From the NCBI GenBank assembly GCA_041671505.1, contig JBAZBK010000001.1:5582-69581 (forward strand): 64,000 bases of DNA, written 5' to 3'. The DNA is from Thermoanaerobaculia bacterium. GTDB lineage: Bacteria; Acidobacteriota; Thermoanaerobaculia; Gp7-AA8. This document shows positions 43,413 through 53,072 of this stretch, one piece after another (position 1 is the first letter of the stretch; every line of letters starts with the position of its first letter). The position numbers were made by a program, and so were the translations under genes. The notes beneath the pieces are model-generated. The model had not been told where the DNA came from. It saw only the letters and a list, made by a program, of their open reading frames with translations, and made no database searches.

Positions 43413-44744
43413 ATGCACCGCCGAGTCCCATGCATCACCATTCTCCTCGTCGCTCTCACGTTCGCGGCGCCTTCCTCCGCGGAGGTCAGGGCGTCCGACC
43501 TGGAAGGGCACTGGCTGTCGTCCCGGTACATCGACGCTCTCGACCAGACACGCTCCCTCACGAACGCAGCAGAGATCGCGATTCCTCTCGAGGTCGCGAT
43601 CGAGCCGTTCGGCGCCGGTTACCGGCTCTTCGTCTCGAGTTTCCACGAGGCGACCTGGAGCGCGATCGTGCGCGTCGATCAGGGCGAAGGCGATCGCTGC
43701 ACTCTCGCCCTCGGTCCCTACGAGACCGTCCCCGTCCCATCGAGCGCACTGACGAAGGTCGCCGCGACGCTCGTGCGCGACCGCTACGGCCGCGTCGAGA
43801 AAATGCAAATGGCCATATGGGGCGAGGAGAACGTCGAGTTCCGCCGCATCGAGATGCCCGCCGAGCAGTTCGTGAACACGATGCTTCTCGCCGGCGCGTG
43901 GCGCGATCTCGACGGCGGCCACTGGTCGTTCGACCCGAAGGGAACCCTCACGCGCCCCGACGGCAAGGTCGTCTCGTACTCTCCGTCGATCGACACCTCG
44001 GAGGCGTGCTGCGATTACCTCACGATCGACGGGACGCGAACCGGCTTCGCGCTGCGCGACGATACGCTCTGGATGTACCGCGAGTTCGAGGACCCGGAGG
44101 GATGCCCGATCTCGTGCGACAAGACGAAGCCTCTGCACATCCTCATCCGCGAAGTCGCAGGTGACGCGAAAAGCCCCGTCGCCCTCACACGAGTGAAGCT
44201 CGCTCCGCTCTCGAAAGACGGCGCGACCTGGGGAGCGAGCGGCCGTCAGGTCGCCGTCTCGCTCAACAACGCCGACGGCAAGGCGGATCCCGAGATCTTC
44301 ACCGAGCCGCCGTTCGTCGTCACCGACCGAAGGAGCGGCGCGCACTGCGAGATCGACGGCGGCATCTGGGAGCGCAACGCGATATGGCTCAGCGCCGACG
44401 AATCGCTCCTCGCGACGGTGACATTCAGTGGCTCGAACTCGACGCTCTCGGTCTACCGCACACGCGACTGCAAGGAGACCGCGTCGGCGCCGGTCGACGA
44501 ATCGACGTTACGCGTCGACGCCGACCGGCTCGAGCACACCGGGATCTGCGAGCCTTACGGCGAGGATTCGTGGGACTGTTTTCCGGCGGCGATCTGGCGC
44601 CTCGGTCGCGACGGGAGCCTCGACCTTCTCGCCGAGGAGTCGGCGCGCCTCACCAGCGGCGTGTTCGGCGTCGCGTTCACCGGCAGGAGCGACATCGAGC
44701 ACGCCCGGACCGATCGCGCCACACTGAAACCGGCCTCGCGTTGA
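43413..44744 (+). CDS. secreted hypothetical Cys-rich protein
   Basis: Signal peptide, 443 aa, several Cys pairs; no recognisable motifs. Confidence 0.5.
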   Translation: MHRRVPCITILLVALTFAAPSSAEVRASDLEGHWLSSRYIDALDQTRSLTNAAEIAIPLEVAIEPFGAGYRLFVSSFHEATWSAIVRVDQGEGDRCTLALGPYETVPVPSSALTKVAATLVRDRYGRVEKMQMAIWGEENVEFRRIEMPAEQFVNTMLLAGAWRDLDGGHWSFDPKGTLTRPDGKVVSYSPSIDTSEACCDYLTIDGTRTGFALRDDTLWMYREFEDPEGCPISCDKTKPLHILIREVAGDAKSPVALTRVKLAPLSKDGATWGASGRQVAVSLNNADGKADPEIFTEPPFVVTDRRSGAHCEIDGGIWERNAIWLSADESLLATVTFSGSNSTLSVYRTRDCKETASAPVDESTLRVDADRLEHTGICEPYGEDSWDCFPAAIWRLGRDGSLDLLAEESARLTSGVFGVAFTGRSDIEHARTDRATLKPASR

Positions 44745-44813
44745 CTCGACTTCGTTCCGCGTCCACGTCTCCCGGCGAGAGTCGCGTGAAAATGATGCGC
44801 GGAACCACTAGAC

Positions 44814-47747
44814 TTGCAGACTGAGATGATGAGGTCGTCAATTCATGCAGGCTGGATGGCGGTCGTCGCATTCGCGGCGCTCGCCGCGATCATTTCGCCG
44901 GCCGCGCTCGCGTTTTCTCTCGCCGACTACCACCTCGAGGTCATCCAGAGCGAGCTGCCGCAGAACACGGTCCACTCGATCCTCCAGTCCCGCGACGGCT
45001 ACCTCTGGATCTCCACGTACGAGGGAGTCGTCCGCACCGACGGCGTCACCTACACGATTCTCGACCGGCAGTCGACCGGCGGCGGTCTCAGCGCGAGCGG
45101 CGTGCTCGACATGCACGAGGGACGCGACGGCTCCCTCTGGTTCGGCACGTTCCTCGGCGGGGTGAGCCGCTTCAGACAGGGCACGTGGTCGCACTGGGGC
45201 GAACCGGAGGGTCTCGAAGGCCAGTTCGCGCGTTCCGTTTGCGAAGCGGGCGACGGCACGATCTGGGTCGGCACGAACTCGGGGCTGTTCACGATCAAGG
45301 CGGACCGCGTCGCCCGCGTCACGGACCCGAAGCTTGCCGGCGCCGTACGTCGCATCGAGACGACCCCCGAGGGGGACGTCGTGATCGGTTATGACGACGG
45401 CCGCCTCCTGCGCGTCACGGCGAGCGGCGGGGTGAGCGATCTCTCGTCGCTGCTGTCGGGCGCAGGAGTCTTCGCGCTCGCGGTCGATGCGAAGGGGACG
45501 ATCTGGGCGGGCACCGACGGCGACGGCCTGTTCAGGATCGCCGGGGGTCAGGTCTCGAAGTTCGGGACCGCGGAAGGTTTGACGAGCAAGAAAGTACGGG
45601 CGCTCATGGTCGACACCGACGGCGCCGTCTGGATCGGAACCGAGGGCGGCGGGCTCGACATGCTCGCCGGAGGAAGAGTCGAGTCGCTGCGGGCGGCCAA
45701 CGGGCTGCCGACCGACATCGTACGGGCGATCACCCGCGATCGCGAGGGAACGATCTGGCTCGGGACGAACGGCGGCGGTCTCGTCGCGCTGAAGCGCAAG
45801 AAGTTCTCGCTCTACACGACGCGGCGCGGAATGTCGTCGGATGCGGTGCGCGTGATCCTCGAATCGCGCGATGGCACGATCTGGATCGGCACCGACGGCG
45901 GCGGCGTGAACCTGGTGCGGAACGGATCGATCTCGGTGATCGGCAAGGCGCAGGGACTGCCGAGCGAATTCGCACGCTCGCTGCTCGAGACCCGCGACGG
46001 GACGATCTGGATCGGCACGGTCGGCGGAGGGCTCGCCTCGTACCGTGGCGGAGTCGTGCGCCGCTTCGAAGGGACGCTGCCGAGCGACACGATTCTCTCG
46101 CTCGCCGAGGCGCCCGACGGCGCGGTCTGGGCCGGAACGAACCGCGGGCTCGTGGAGATCCGCAACGGCAAGGTCTCGCGACTGCTCGACGGCACTTCGG
46201 AGTTGCAGGACAACGCCGCGAACGCGCTCCAGGTCGATTCGCGCGGACGAGTCTGGGCAGGAACGGCGTCGGGGCTCTACATCATCGACGGCGAGCGGAT
46301 CGAGACGGTGCCGATCGAAGGCGCGCTCGACCGCTCGATCTTCTGCATCAAGCTCGAGAACGACGGTTCGGCGTGGATCGGCTCGAACGGCGGCCTCGCG
46401 CTGCTGCGCGACGGCCGCTTCTTCAATTTCCATGGCTCGCACGGCGTGCCCGAGGATGGCGTCTTCCAAATCCTCGAAGACCGCGTCGGGTTCTTCTGGC
46501 TCAGCGGGAACCGCGGCATCACGAAGCTCTCGCGCTCGGCGCTCGAGAAGGTCGCGCGCGACGGCGGCGGACGCGCGGAGGCGGAGCACTTCGGCCGCGC
46601 CGACGGGATGCACACGAACCAGTGCAACGGTGCGTCGCAGCCGGCTGGATGGGCGGCGCGCGACGGCGCGCTCTGGTTCCCGACGCCGTGGGGCGCGGTC
46701 AGGGCCGACCTGCTTCACATGCCGGTCAACACGTTCCCTCCTCCCGTGCTCGTCGAACGAATCCGGGTCGATGGCAACGTGGTGACTTCCGGCCCGCAGG
46801 GGCTCGAGCTGAAGGCGGGACGCCACCGGATCGAAGTCGACTACGCCGCGATGAGCTTCATCGCCCCCGAGGCCGTGCGGTTCAGGACGAGGCTCGAAGG
46901 CCTCGACGAGCAGTGGGTCGACCGAGGCGCGCGGCGGACCGAGATCTACACGAACATCGGGCCGGGCGAATACGCCTTCCAGGTGATCGCCGCGAACAAC
47001 GACGGCGTCTGGAACGAGAAGGGAACGGGGTTCAACGTCGCCGTGAAGCCCTTCTTCTGGCAGGCGCCCGTATTCATGGTGCTGGTGGCGATCGCGCTCG
47101 GCATCGTGCTCTGGGGAATCCTCCTGATGCGGACGCGCCACCTGATCGAGCACCGGCGCGAATTGCAGGAGCTGGTCGAACAGCGCACGTCGGAGCTGGA
47201 GACGCTGAACGAGCAGCTGACGCACCTCTCGGCGACCGACTCGCTGACCGGGACGGCGAACCGGCGGCGCTTCGACGAGGCGCTCGACCACGAGTGGAAC
47301 AGGACGATCCGGAACGTGCAGACGCTCTCGATCCTGATGATCGATGTCGACCACTTCAAGGAGTACAACGACGACCACGGGCACCAGCAGGGCGACCTCT
47401 GCCTCAAGCAGATCGCCGACGCGCTGGTCAAGGGCGCGCGGCGGGGAGGCGACCTGGTCGCGCGCTACGGTGGCGACGAGTTCGCCGTCATCCTCGCGGC
47501 GACCGGCGCCGAGAACGCCGCGCAGATCGCCGAGACGCTGCGCCGCGACGTCGAGAAGCTCGACATACGCTGCCAGTCGTCGGTGAGGGTGACGGTCAGC
47601 ATCGGCGTGGCGACGGCGCAGCCGGTCACCGGCTCCTCGCACAAGGCGCTCGTCGCCGCCGCCGACGTCGCGCTCTACCAGGCGAAGCACGACGGGCGGA
47701 ACCGCGTGGCGCTGAGCATCGTGCCGGACGACGTCCCGGCGTCGTGA
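44814..47747 (+). CDS. two-component-regulator-propeller (Reg_prop) / Y_Y_Y sensor fused to a TM helix and GGDEF diguanylate cyclase
   Basis: Many Reg_prop repeats (GLxxxxVxxIxxDxxGxIWIGT), a TM segment, and a C-terminal GGDEF domain with RYGGDEF. Confidence 0.85.
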   Translation: MQTEMMRSSIHAGWMAVVAFAALAAIISPAALAFSLADYHLEVIQSELPQNTVHSILQSRDGYLWISTYEGVVRTDGVTYTILDRQSTGGGLSASGVLDMHEGRDGSLWFGTFLGGVSRFRQGTWSHWGEPEGLEGQFARSVCEAGDGTIWVGTNSGLFTIKADRVARVTDPKLAGAVRRIETTPEGDVVIGYDDGRLLRVTASGGVSDLSSLLSGAGVFALAVDAKGTIWAGTDGDGLFRIAGGQVSKFGTAEGLTSKKVRALMVDTDGAVWIGTEGGGLDMLAGGRVESLRAANGLPTDIVRAITRDREGTIWLGTNGGGLVALKRKKFSLYTTRRGMSSDAVRVILESRDGTIWIGTDGGGVNLVRNGSISVIGKAQGLPSEFARSLLETRDGTIWIGTVGGGLASYRGGVVRRFEGTLPSDTILSLAEAPDGAVWAGTNRGLVEIRNGKVSRLLDGTSELQDNAANALQVDSRGRVWAGTASGLYIIDGERIETVPIEGALDRSIFCIKLENDGSAWIGSNGGLALLRDGRFFNFHGSHGVPEDGVFQILEDRVGFFWLSGNRGITKLSRSALEKVARDGGGRAEAEHFGRADGMHTNQCNGASQPAGWAARDGALWFPTPWGAVRADLLHMPVNTFPPPVLVERIRVDGNVVTSGPQGLELKAGRHRIEVDYAAMSFIAPEAVRFRTRLEGLDEQWVDRGARRTEIYTNIGPGEYAFQVIAANNDGVWNEKGTGFNVAVKPFFWQAPVFMVLVAIALGIVLWGILLMRTRHLIEHRRELQELVEQRTSELETLNEQLTHLSATDSLTGTANRRRFDEALDHEWNRTIRNVQTLSILMIDVDHFKEYNDDHGHQQGDLCLKQIADALVKGARRGGDLVARYGGDEFAVILAATGAENAAQIAETLRRDVEKLDIRCQSSVRVTVSIGVATAQPVTGSSHKALVAAADVALYQAKHDGRNRVALSIVPDDVPAS

Positions 47748-47755
47748 GGACGCCT

Positions 47756-47915
47756 TGTCATCCCGACGATCCCACGTAGCGGGAGAGGAGGGACCTTGCA
47801 GGCTGGTACAGATGAGATCTCCTGCCGGATCATTCCGCGCCCGTGGCACGTCTGTACCAGCCTGAGAGATCCCTCGTCGCGCCCCCGCTTCGCAGGGTCG
47901 CTTCTCGGGATGACA
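47756..47915. repeat. MITE-like palindromic element, family C copy 2
   Basis: cttgtcatcccgacgatcccacgtagcgggagaggagggaccttgcaggctggtacagatg...gtaccagcctgagagatccctcgtcgcgcccccgcttcgcagggtcgcttctcgggatgaca. It fills the convergent gap between the GGDEF gene and the L,D-transpeptidase gene. Confidence 0.6.
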
Positions 47916-47922
47916 CTACGCG

Positions 47923-48441
47923 TCACGGCCTGATCTCGATCGCGGTGCCGTCGCCGACGGCGCGCCAGATCTCCTCGATTTCCTCGTTGGTCACCGCGAT
48001 GCAGCCGAGCGTCCAATCGCTGGCGACGTGCTCTGCGCCGAGCCAGCCCATCCCGTTAGGCAGCCCGTGGATCATGATCGCGCCGCCCGGGTCGACGCCG
48101 CGCCGCGCCGCCTCCCGACGGTCGCGCGCGCTCGGGTAGGAGACGTGGAGCGAGCGGTGGTAGGAGCTCTTCGCGTTCCTCCAGTCGATCACGTAGCGCC
48201 CTTCGGGAGTCTTCCCGTCCCCTGCCTGCCGCTTGTGCCCGTCGGGATCGGGGCCGAGCGCGACGCGGTAGGCGCGAAGCTCCCGTCCTCGCCGGAAGAG
48301 CGTGAGGCGGCGCTCGCTCTTGTCGACGACGACGACGTCAGCGCGCGTCCCGGCGGGAAGAGGGGCGCGCGGAGCGTCCCCGAGGGCGCCGAGTGCGAGG
48401 AGCAAATGCAGCGGCAAAGTGAGCACGAGGGAAGTGCGCAT
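47923..48441 (-). CDS. L,D-transpeptidase (YkuD domain) with signal peptide
   Basis: Start at 48441 (MRTSLVLTLPLHLLLALGALG) and catalytic HGxxxxxxxG...SDWTLGCIAV motif. The upstream part of the listed ORF is a translation of the family-C repeat. Confidence 0.8.
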   Translation of the reverse strand: MRTSLVLTLPLHLLLALGALGDAPRAPLPAGTRADVVVVDKSERRLTLFRRGRELRAYRVALGPDPDGHKRQAGDGKTPEGRYVIDWRNAKSSYHRSLHVSYPSARDRREAARRGVDPGGAIMIHGLPNGMGWLGAEHVASDWTLGCIAVTNEEIEEIWRAVGDGTAIEIRP

Positions 48442-48521
48442 GAAAATTGGACGCGGGAACGGGGTGGAAGGAAACTGCGGGGTAGCGCCGATCAGCAGTT
48501 CCCGCGAACGCCCGTACGAGC

Positions 48522-48680
48522 TGTCATCCCGACGATCCGGCGCAGCCGGTGAGGAGGGATCTCGCAGGCTGGTACATATGAAGTCTTCCGCCCGAAAGCT
48601 CGCGACCGTTGCACGTCTGTACCAGCCTGCGAGGTCCCTCCTTCCTCCCCCGCTTCGCGGGGTCGGTCGTCGGGACGACA
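48522..48680. repeat. MITE-like palindromic element, family C copy 3
   Basis: ctgtcatcccgacgatccggcgcagccggtgaggagggatctcgcaggctggtacatatg...gtaccagcctgcgaggtccctccttcctcccccgcttcgcggggtcggtcgtcgggacgaca. It lies in the divergent region between the L,D-transpeptidase gene and the fur-like gene. Confidence 0.6.
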
Positions 48681-48743
48681 AGACCTGCGGGCCGCCCTCT
48701 CCACCGGAATACATCTCACATTAGAACCGTTCCAAATCGAGAC

Positions 48744-49154
48744 ATGGCACAGAAGCTCATGGCGCTGCTTTCCGGACACGGCGTTCAGCCGTCGGCGCAG
48801 CGTGCCGCGGTGGCGAAGTACGTTCTCGCCACCGACGAGCATCCGACGGCCGACCGCGTCTTCAGCGTGGTGCGCGAATCGTTCCCATGGATCTCGCGGG
48901 CGACCGTCTACAACACGCTCAACCTGTTCGTCGAGAAGGGGCTGCTGCGCCAGCAGGCGCTGACGCAGGGAAGCGTCGTCTACGATCCGAACACGGCGAG
49001 GCACCATCACTTCATCGACGAGACGACCGGCGCGATCCACGATGTCCCGTGGGAAAGCGTCGAGGTCTGCAACATCGAGGCGCTCGAAGGGTTCGACGTC
49101 ACTGACTACCAGGTCGTGATGCGCGGCAGGAAGCGCCGTCGCCGCCGCTCATGA
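48744..49154 (+). CDS. Fur-family transcriptional regulator (Fur/PerR-like)
   Basis: Start at 48744 (MAQKLMALL). Contains the Fur winged-helix and HHHF motifs, and CNIEALEGF. Confidence 0.85.
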   Translation: MAQKLMALLSGHGVQPSAQRAAVAKYVLATDEHPTADRVFSVVRESFPWISRATVYNTLNLFVEKGLLRQQALTQGSVVYDPNTARHHHFIDETTGAIHDVPWESVEVCNIEALEGFDVTDYQVVMRGRKRRRRRS

Positions 49155-49218
49155 CCTCCCGCCGCGCTCGGCTCCGGGACGCGCGGCAGGATTTCCGATC
49201 CGGAGACAGGAGACGAAC

Positions 49219-49716
49219 ATGGCAACCAAAGCGAAAGGAATCACCGCGATGCCGATCGACATCGGCATCTCCCAGGCCAACCGCAAGGCGATCGCGAAGG
49301 GGCTCTCCCACCTCCTCGCCGACACCTACACGCTTTACCTGAAGACGCACAACTTCCACTGGAACGTCACGGGGCCGATGTTCAACACGCTCCACCTGAT
49401 GTTCGAGGCGCAGTACAACGAGCTCGCTCTCGCGGTCGACTTGATCGCCGAGCGGATCCGGGCGCTCGGTTTCCCCGCGCCGGGAACCTACAAGGAGTAC
49501 GCGCGCCTCTCGTCAATCAAGGAAGACGACGGCGTGCCGTCCGCGGACGAGATGATCCGCAAGCTCATCGAGGGACAGGAAGCGGTCGTCCGCACCGCGC
49601 GCTCGATCTTCCCCGTCGTGAACGACGCCAACGACCAGGCGACCGCCGACCTGCTGACGCAGCGGATGAACATTCACGAGAAGACGGGCTGGATGCTGCG
49701 AAGTCTGCTGGGGTAA
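49219..49716 (+). CDS. dps: Dps (DNA-binding ferritin-like protein)
   Basis: Ferroxidase-centre residues in [12 protein letters not shown]...[11 protein letters not shown]. Confidence 0.9.
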   Translation: MATKAKGITAMPIDIGISQANRKAIAKGLSHLLADTYTLYLKTHNFHWNVTGPMFNTLHLMFEAQYNELALAVDLIAERIRALGFPAPGTYKEYARLSSIKEDDGVPSADEMIRKLIEGQEAVVRTARSIFPVVNDANDQATADLLTQRMNIHEKTGWMLRSLLG

Positions 49717-50048
49717 GGCAGGCGAAAGGCGAGAGGCGATAGCAGGCAAAGGCCAGAGGCCAAAGCAGGCAGCAGTTCGCTGTGGACCGAACGGTTCCCA
49801 CGCGATGCCAGGAATCGTCAAGGGGCGCGGTGTACCGCGCCCCTTTTGTCTTGCCTGCGATTCCTGATTGAACGCAAACACGGCCGATCGCAGTCGCGCA
49901 CTGCACAGCGCTAATGAAGCGCGCCACGCATCACGTCACACCGCGGCAGCACGATGCGGCGCTTTGCGCCGCCGCGAAAGCTCCGCTTTCGCACTCCACA
50001 CGCTACCCTGCCTGCTCCTCGCCTCTCGCCTCTCGCCTTTCGCCTGCC
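49717..50048. repeat. GC-rich repeat region (GGCGAGAGGCGA-type heptamer arrays plus a GCGAAAGC...GCTTTCGCACTCCACA hairpin)
   Basis: aggcaggcgaaaggcgagaggcgatagcaggcaaaggccagaggccaaagcaggcagc at 49720; ...gcgaaagctccgctttcgcactccacacgc at 49975; cctcgcctctcgcctctcgcctttcgcctgcc at 50010. Confidence 0.5.
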
Positions 50049-50477
50049 CTAACTCGTGATGTAGTGCTCGAGCTGCGCGATCAGGAACTGCTGCTCTTCG
50101 ATCATCGCCTTGACGAGATCACCGATCGAGATGACGCCGACGACGCGGCTGCCGTCCGCGACGGGGAGGTGGCGGATCCGCTTGTCGGTCATGATGGCCA
50201 TCGCCTCGTCGATCTTCAGGTCGGGGCGGCCGCAGACGACGCGCGCGGTCATGATCTCGCGCACCGGCATCGTCGAGGCGTCTTTCCCGCCGAGGATCAC
50301 CTTGCGCGCGACGTCGCGCTCGGAGACGATCCCTTCGAGGTGCGTCCCTTCCATCACCAGGAGCGCGCCCACCCTCTTCGCGTCCATCGTCCCTACCGCG
50401 TCGAGCACCGAGGCGCCGGGACCGATCGAGTACACCTCGGAACCCTTCGCCGAAATGAGGTTCATGAGCGTCTTCAT
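50049..50477 (-). CDS. CBS-domain pair protein
   Basis: Two CBS motifs (GIVSERDVARKV and VISIGDLVKAMI). Confidence 0.8.
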   Translation of the reverse strand: MKTLMNLISAKGSEVYSIGPGASVLDAVGTMDAKRVGALLVMEGTHLEGIVSERDVARKVILGGKDASTMPVREIMTARVVCGRPDLKIDEAMAIMTDKRIRHLPVADGSRVVGVISIGDLVKAMIEEQQFLIAQLEHYITS

Positions 50478-50536
50478 GCGGCACCTCCAGCAGCCTTCAC
50501 TGAGTGAATGAAATTGATAATACGTCCGCGAAGGCT

Positions 50537-50655
50537 GAATTGAGAATTGAGAATTGAGAATTGAGAGATGGCGGGAATCTTGGTTGTGAAACGGGGCACA
50601 AGAGAGGGTGCTACCCGATCACCATCTCTCAATTCTCAATTCTTAATTCTCAATG
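50537..50655. repeat. palindromic element with arms made of (GAATTGA)n / (TCAATTC)n tandem heptamers
   Basis: gaattgagaattgagaattgagaattgagagatgg - 48-bp GC-rich core - ccatctctcaattctcaattcttaattctcaat. Confidence 0.5.
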
Positions 50656-50665
50656 TGCTTCACCA

Positions 50666-51967
50666 CTACCAGCGGATTCTGAAGTAGACGACCAACTTCG
50701 TCTCCATCGGCGTCGGGACGCCTCCGCGCGTGCCCGGCTTCCAGTGCGACGCGAGCGCTGCTGTCCGCGCCGCTTCGTCGAAGCCGAGTCCCTTGGGAGG
50801 GCCGATCGGCGTGGCACTGATGACGCGGCCCGTCTCGTCGACGAGAAGATTGAATTCGACCGCCGACTCGACGCGCCGCTCGCGCGCCATCTCCGGGTAC
50901 TTCGGAATGACCTGCGCGAGCAGCCGCGGCGGGGTGCTCGCGGCGGGCACCGTCTCGCGCGGCGCCGTCGATGGCGGCGCCGGCGGCGCGGGGCGCGGGT
51001 CGGCATCAGCGGCGGGCAGCTCGACCGCGGCGTGCTCGGTCGGCGTCCGGATCGCATCCGCGGCCGCGGGCTGACCATTCGCCGGCCTCGATTCGAGCCG
51101 TTCGTTCAGCTCGCGCACTTTCGACTGAAGGCCAGCGATCATTTCGCTGCTCTTCTTCGCGTCGGGCGTCCGCTGCTCTTTTTGCGCCGCGGTCAGGCGA
51201 TCGATCTCCTGCTGCAGCTCGGTGATGCGCGCGAGGAGCAATTTCTCCTCGTTGATGGCATCGGGCGAGACGGCGGGAACGGCGGGGCCGGCGGCGGGCG
51301 GCGGAACGACCGGCGCCGGAGTGCGGCTGGAGAAGAAGACGACGACCGCGATCGCAATCACGGCGAGCACCGCCAACGCGCCGCCCGAAACGGCGAACCG
51401 GCGGCGCGCCACTTTGCGCTTGAGCGCCTGCTTCTCCTCGTAGAGCCGTTCGTCGGCATAGGCGAGCACCGCCTTCCCACTCTCGCCATCGGCCGGCCAC
51501 GCTGCGACCCCGATTGAGAAGCTCACCGGGATCTCGATCCGCTGCTCCTCCTCGGGAGCGAAGAACTCCGCCTCGAGCATCGCCGCGCGCGCCCGCTCTC
51601 CGAGCATCGTCGCCTCCGCGGCTTCGGCGAGCGGAAGAAGGACGACGAACTCGTCACCGCCGTAGCGGAAGATGAAGTCTCCCGCCCGGAACGTCCGGTT
51701 GAGAATCCTCCCCGTCTCGCGCAGTACTTCGTCTCCCGACAGATGCCCGTAGCGGTCGTTCACGTCCTTGAAAAGATCGAGGTCGAGCATCACGATCGCG
51801 AAACGATCGACGAGCGCGACCAGCTCGTCCCAGCGCTCCCCGAGGATCTGCTCGAGAAGGCGGTAGTTGTAGAGCCCCGTCATCCCGTCGCGAAACGCGA
51901 GCTCCGTGTCGCGCGGGCGCAGTGGCTCCAGCACGCTACGGGAGGCGTCGTCCGGTCGGTTCGTCAT
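50666..51967 (-). CDS. GGDEF diguanylate cyclase fused via a TM helix and Pro-rich coiled-coil linker to a C-terminal TonB_C domain
   Basis: Start at 51967 (MTNRPDD). The N-terminal GGDEF domain has RYGGDEF, then a TM helix (ALAVLAVIAIAVVVFF), a Pro/Ala-rich spacer, and a C-terminal ...YPEMARERRVESAVEFNLLVDETGRV...KLVVYFRI TonB C-terminal fold. Confidence 0.7.
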   Translation of the reverse strand: MTNRPDDASRSVLEPLRPRDTELAFRDGMTGLYNYRLLEQILGERWDELVALVDRFAIVMLDLDLFKDVNDRYGHLSGDEVLRETGRILNRTFRAGDFIFRYGGDEFVVLLPLAEAAEATMLGERARAAMLEAEFFAPEEEQRIEIPVSFSIGVAAWPADGESGKAVLAYADERLYEEKQALKRKVARRRFAVSGGALAVLAVIAIAVVVFFSSRTPAPVVPPPAAGPAVPAVSPDAINEEKLLLARITELQQEIDRLTAAQKEQRTPDAKKSSEMIAGLQSKVRELNERLESRPANGQPAAADAIRTPTEHAAVELPAADADPRPAPPAPPSTAPRETVPAASTPPRLLAQVIPKYPEMARERRVESAVEFNLLVDETGRVISATPIGPPKGLGFDEAARTAALASHWKPGTRGGVPTPMETKLVVYFRIRW

Positions 51968-52094
51968 GGCAGATTGCCGCATCAGGCTACACCGATAATG
52001 ATGCTGCGGCCAGAGGCCGCAGGCTGTCAGCTGTACTACGACGGAACGGGCCCGGGGGTTCGCAGCGGATGTTTCAAGACTGTATATTCGCCGG

Positions 52095-52856
52095 GTGAGC
52101 CCAGCTCGACGCCCAGCTCCCGGCAACCGTCCGCTCAAGACGCTCGAGCGCGTCATCTCGAAGGCGGGGCTCGGCTCGCGGACGAGCGCGCGGCGATGGA
52201 TCTCGGAAGGGCAGTTCAGCGTCAACGGACGCGTCGTGCGCGATCCCGACCATTGGGTCGACCTCGAGCGCGATCTCGTCGAGCGGGACGGGCGCCCGGT
52301 CGACGTCGCCGAGCGCGAATATCATCTCCTGTACAAGCCGACCGGTTACATCACCACGCACCACGACCCGCAGGGACGGCCGACGGTCTGGGACCTTCTC
52401 CCCGATCGCGAGCGTTACCTCTTCTCCGTCGGCAGGCTCGATCTCGACACGAGCGGGCTCCTGCTCCTGACGAACGACGCCGACTTCGCCGAGCGGATGA
52501 CGAACCCCGACTACAAAGTGCCGAAGACCTACGTGGTTAAGGCCTCGGAGCACCTCCGCGAGGAGCAACTCGACCGGCTGCGCCTGGGCATCGAGTTGAA
52601 GGACGGGCCGACGAAGCCGGCGACGGTGATGCGCCTCCGCGAGCCGGGAGGGATGACGGTCTTCGAGATCACGATCGAGGAAGGGCGCAACCGCCAGGTC
52701 CGGCGGATGGTCGAGGCGTTAGGCGCGAAGGTGATCAGCCTCGCGCGGATCTCGATCGGCCCGCTGGCGATCGGCGACCTCGAGCCGGGGCAGCATCGCG
52801 CGCTGACGCGCGAGGAGGTGTCGGAGTTGTTCGGCGCCGCGGGGCGGCGGGGGTAG
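52095..52856 (+). CDS. RsuA/RluB-family rRNA pseudouridine synthase (S4 + catalytic domain)
   Basis: S4 region (RLERVISKAGLGSRTSARRWI) and catalytic GRLDLDTSGLLLLTND; GTG start. Confidence 0.8.
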   Translation: MSPARRPAPGNRPLKTLERVISKAGLGSRTSARRWISEGQFSVNGRVVRDPDHWVDLERDLVERDGRPVDVAEREYHLLYKPTGYITTHHDPQGRPTVWDLLPDRERYLFSVGRLDLDTSGLLLLTNDADFAERMTNPDYKVPKTYVVKASEHLREEQLDRLRLGIELKDGPTKPATVMRLREPGGMTVFEITIEEGRNRQVRRMVEALGAKVISLARISIGPLAIGDLEPGQHRALTREEVSELFGAAGRRG

Positions 52857-53035
52857 TTGTTAGTTGTTAGTTGTTAGTTAGAAAAGTCAGTCAAGGAGAA
52901 AAACCAGAGAAGAGTGAAGAGTTGGGGAGGAGATCCATGCAACTCTTCTCTCTTCATTTTTCTCTCTTCTCTCTTCTCTCTTCACTCTTCTCTCTTCCCT
53001 CGCCTCATCGCCTCTCGCCTCTCGCCTCATCGCCT
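52851..53035. repeat. composite low-complexity element: (GTTAGTT)x3, an AGAGAAG/CTTCTCT-armed palindrome, then CGCCTCAT/CGCCTCT heptamers
   Basis: gttgttagttgttagttgttagttag ... agagaagagtgaagagttg gggaggagatccatg caactcttctctcttcatttttctctcttctctcttctctcttcactcttctctcttccctcgcctcatcgcctctcgcctctcgcctcatcgcctc. Confidence 0.45.
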
Positions 53036-53072
53036 CAAGGGCGTAGAATCCTCGAAACACGGAGATCCACGA

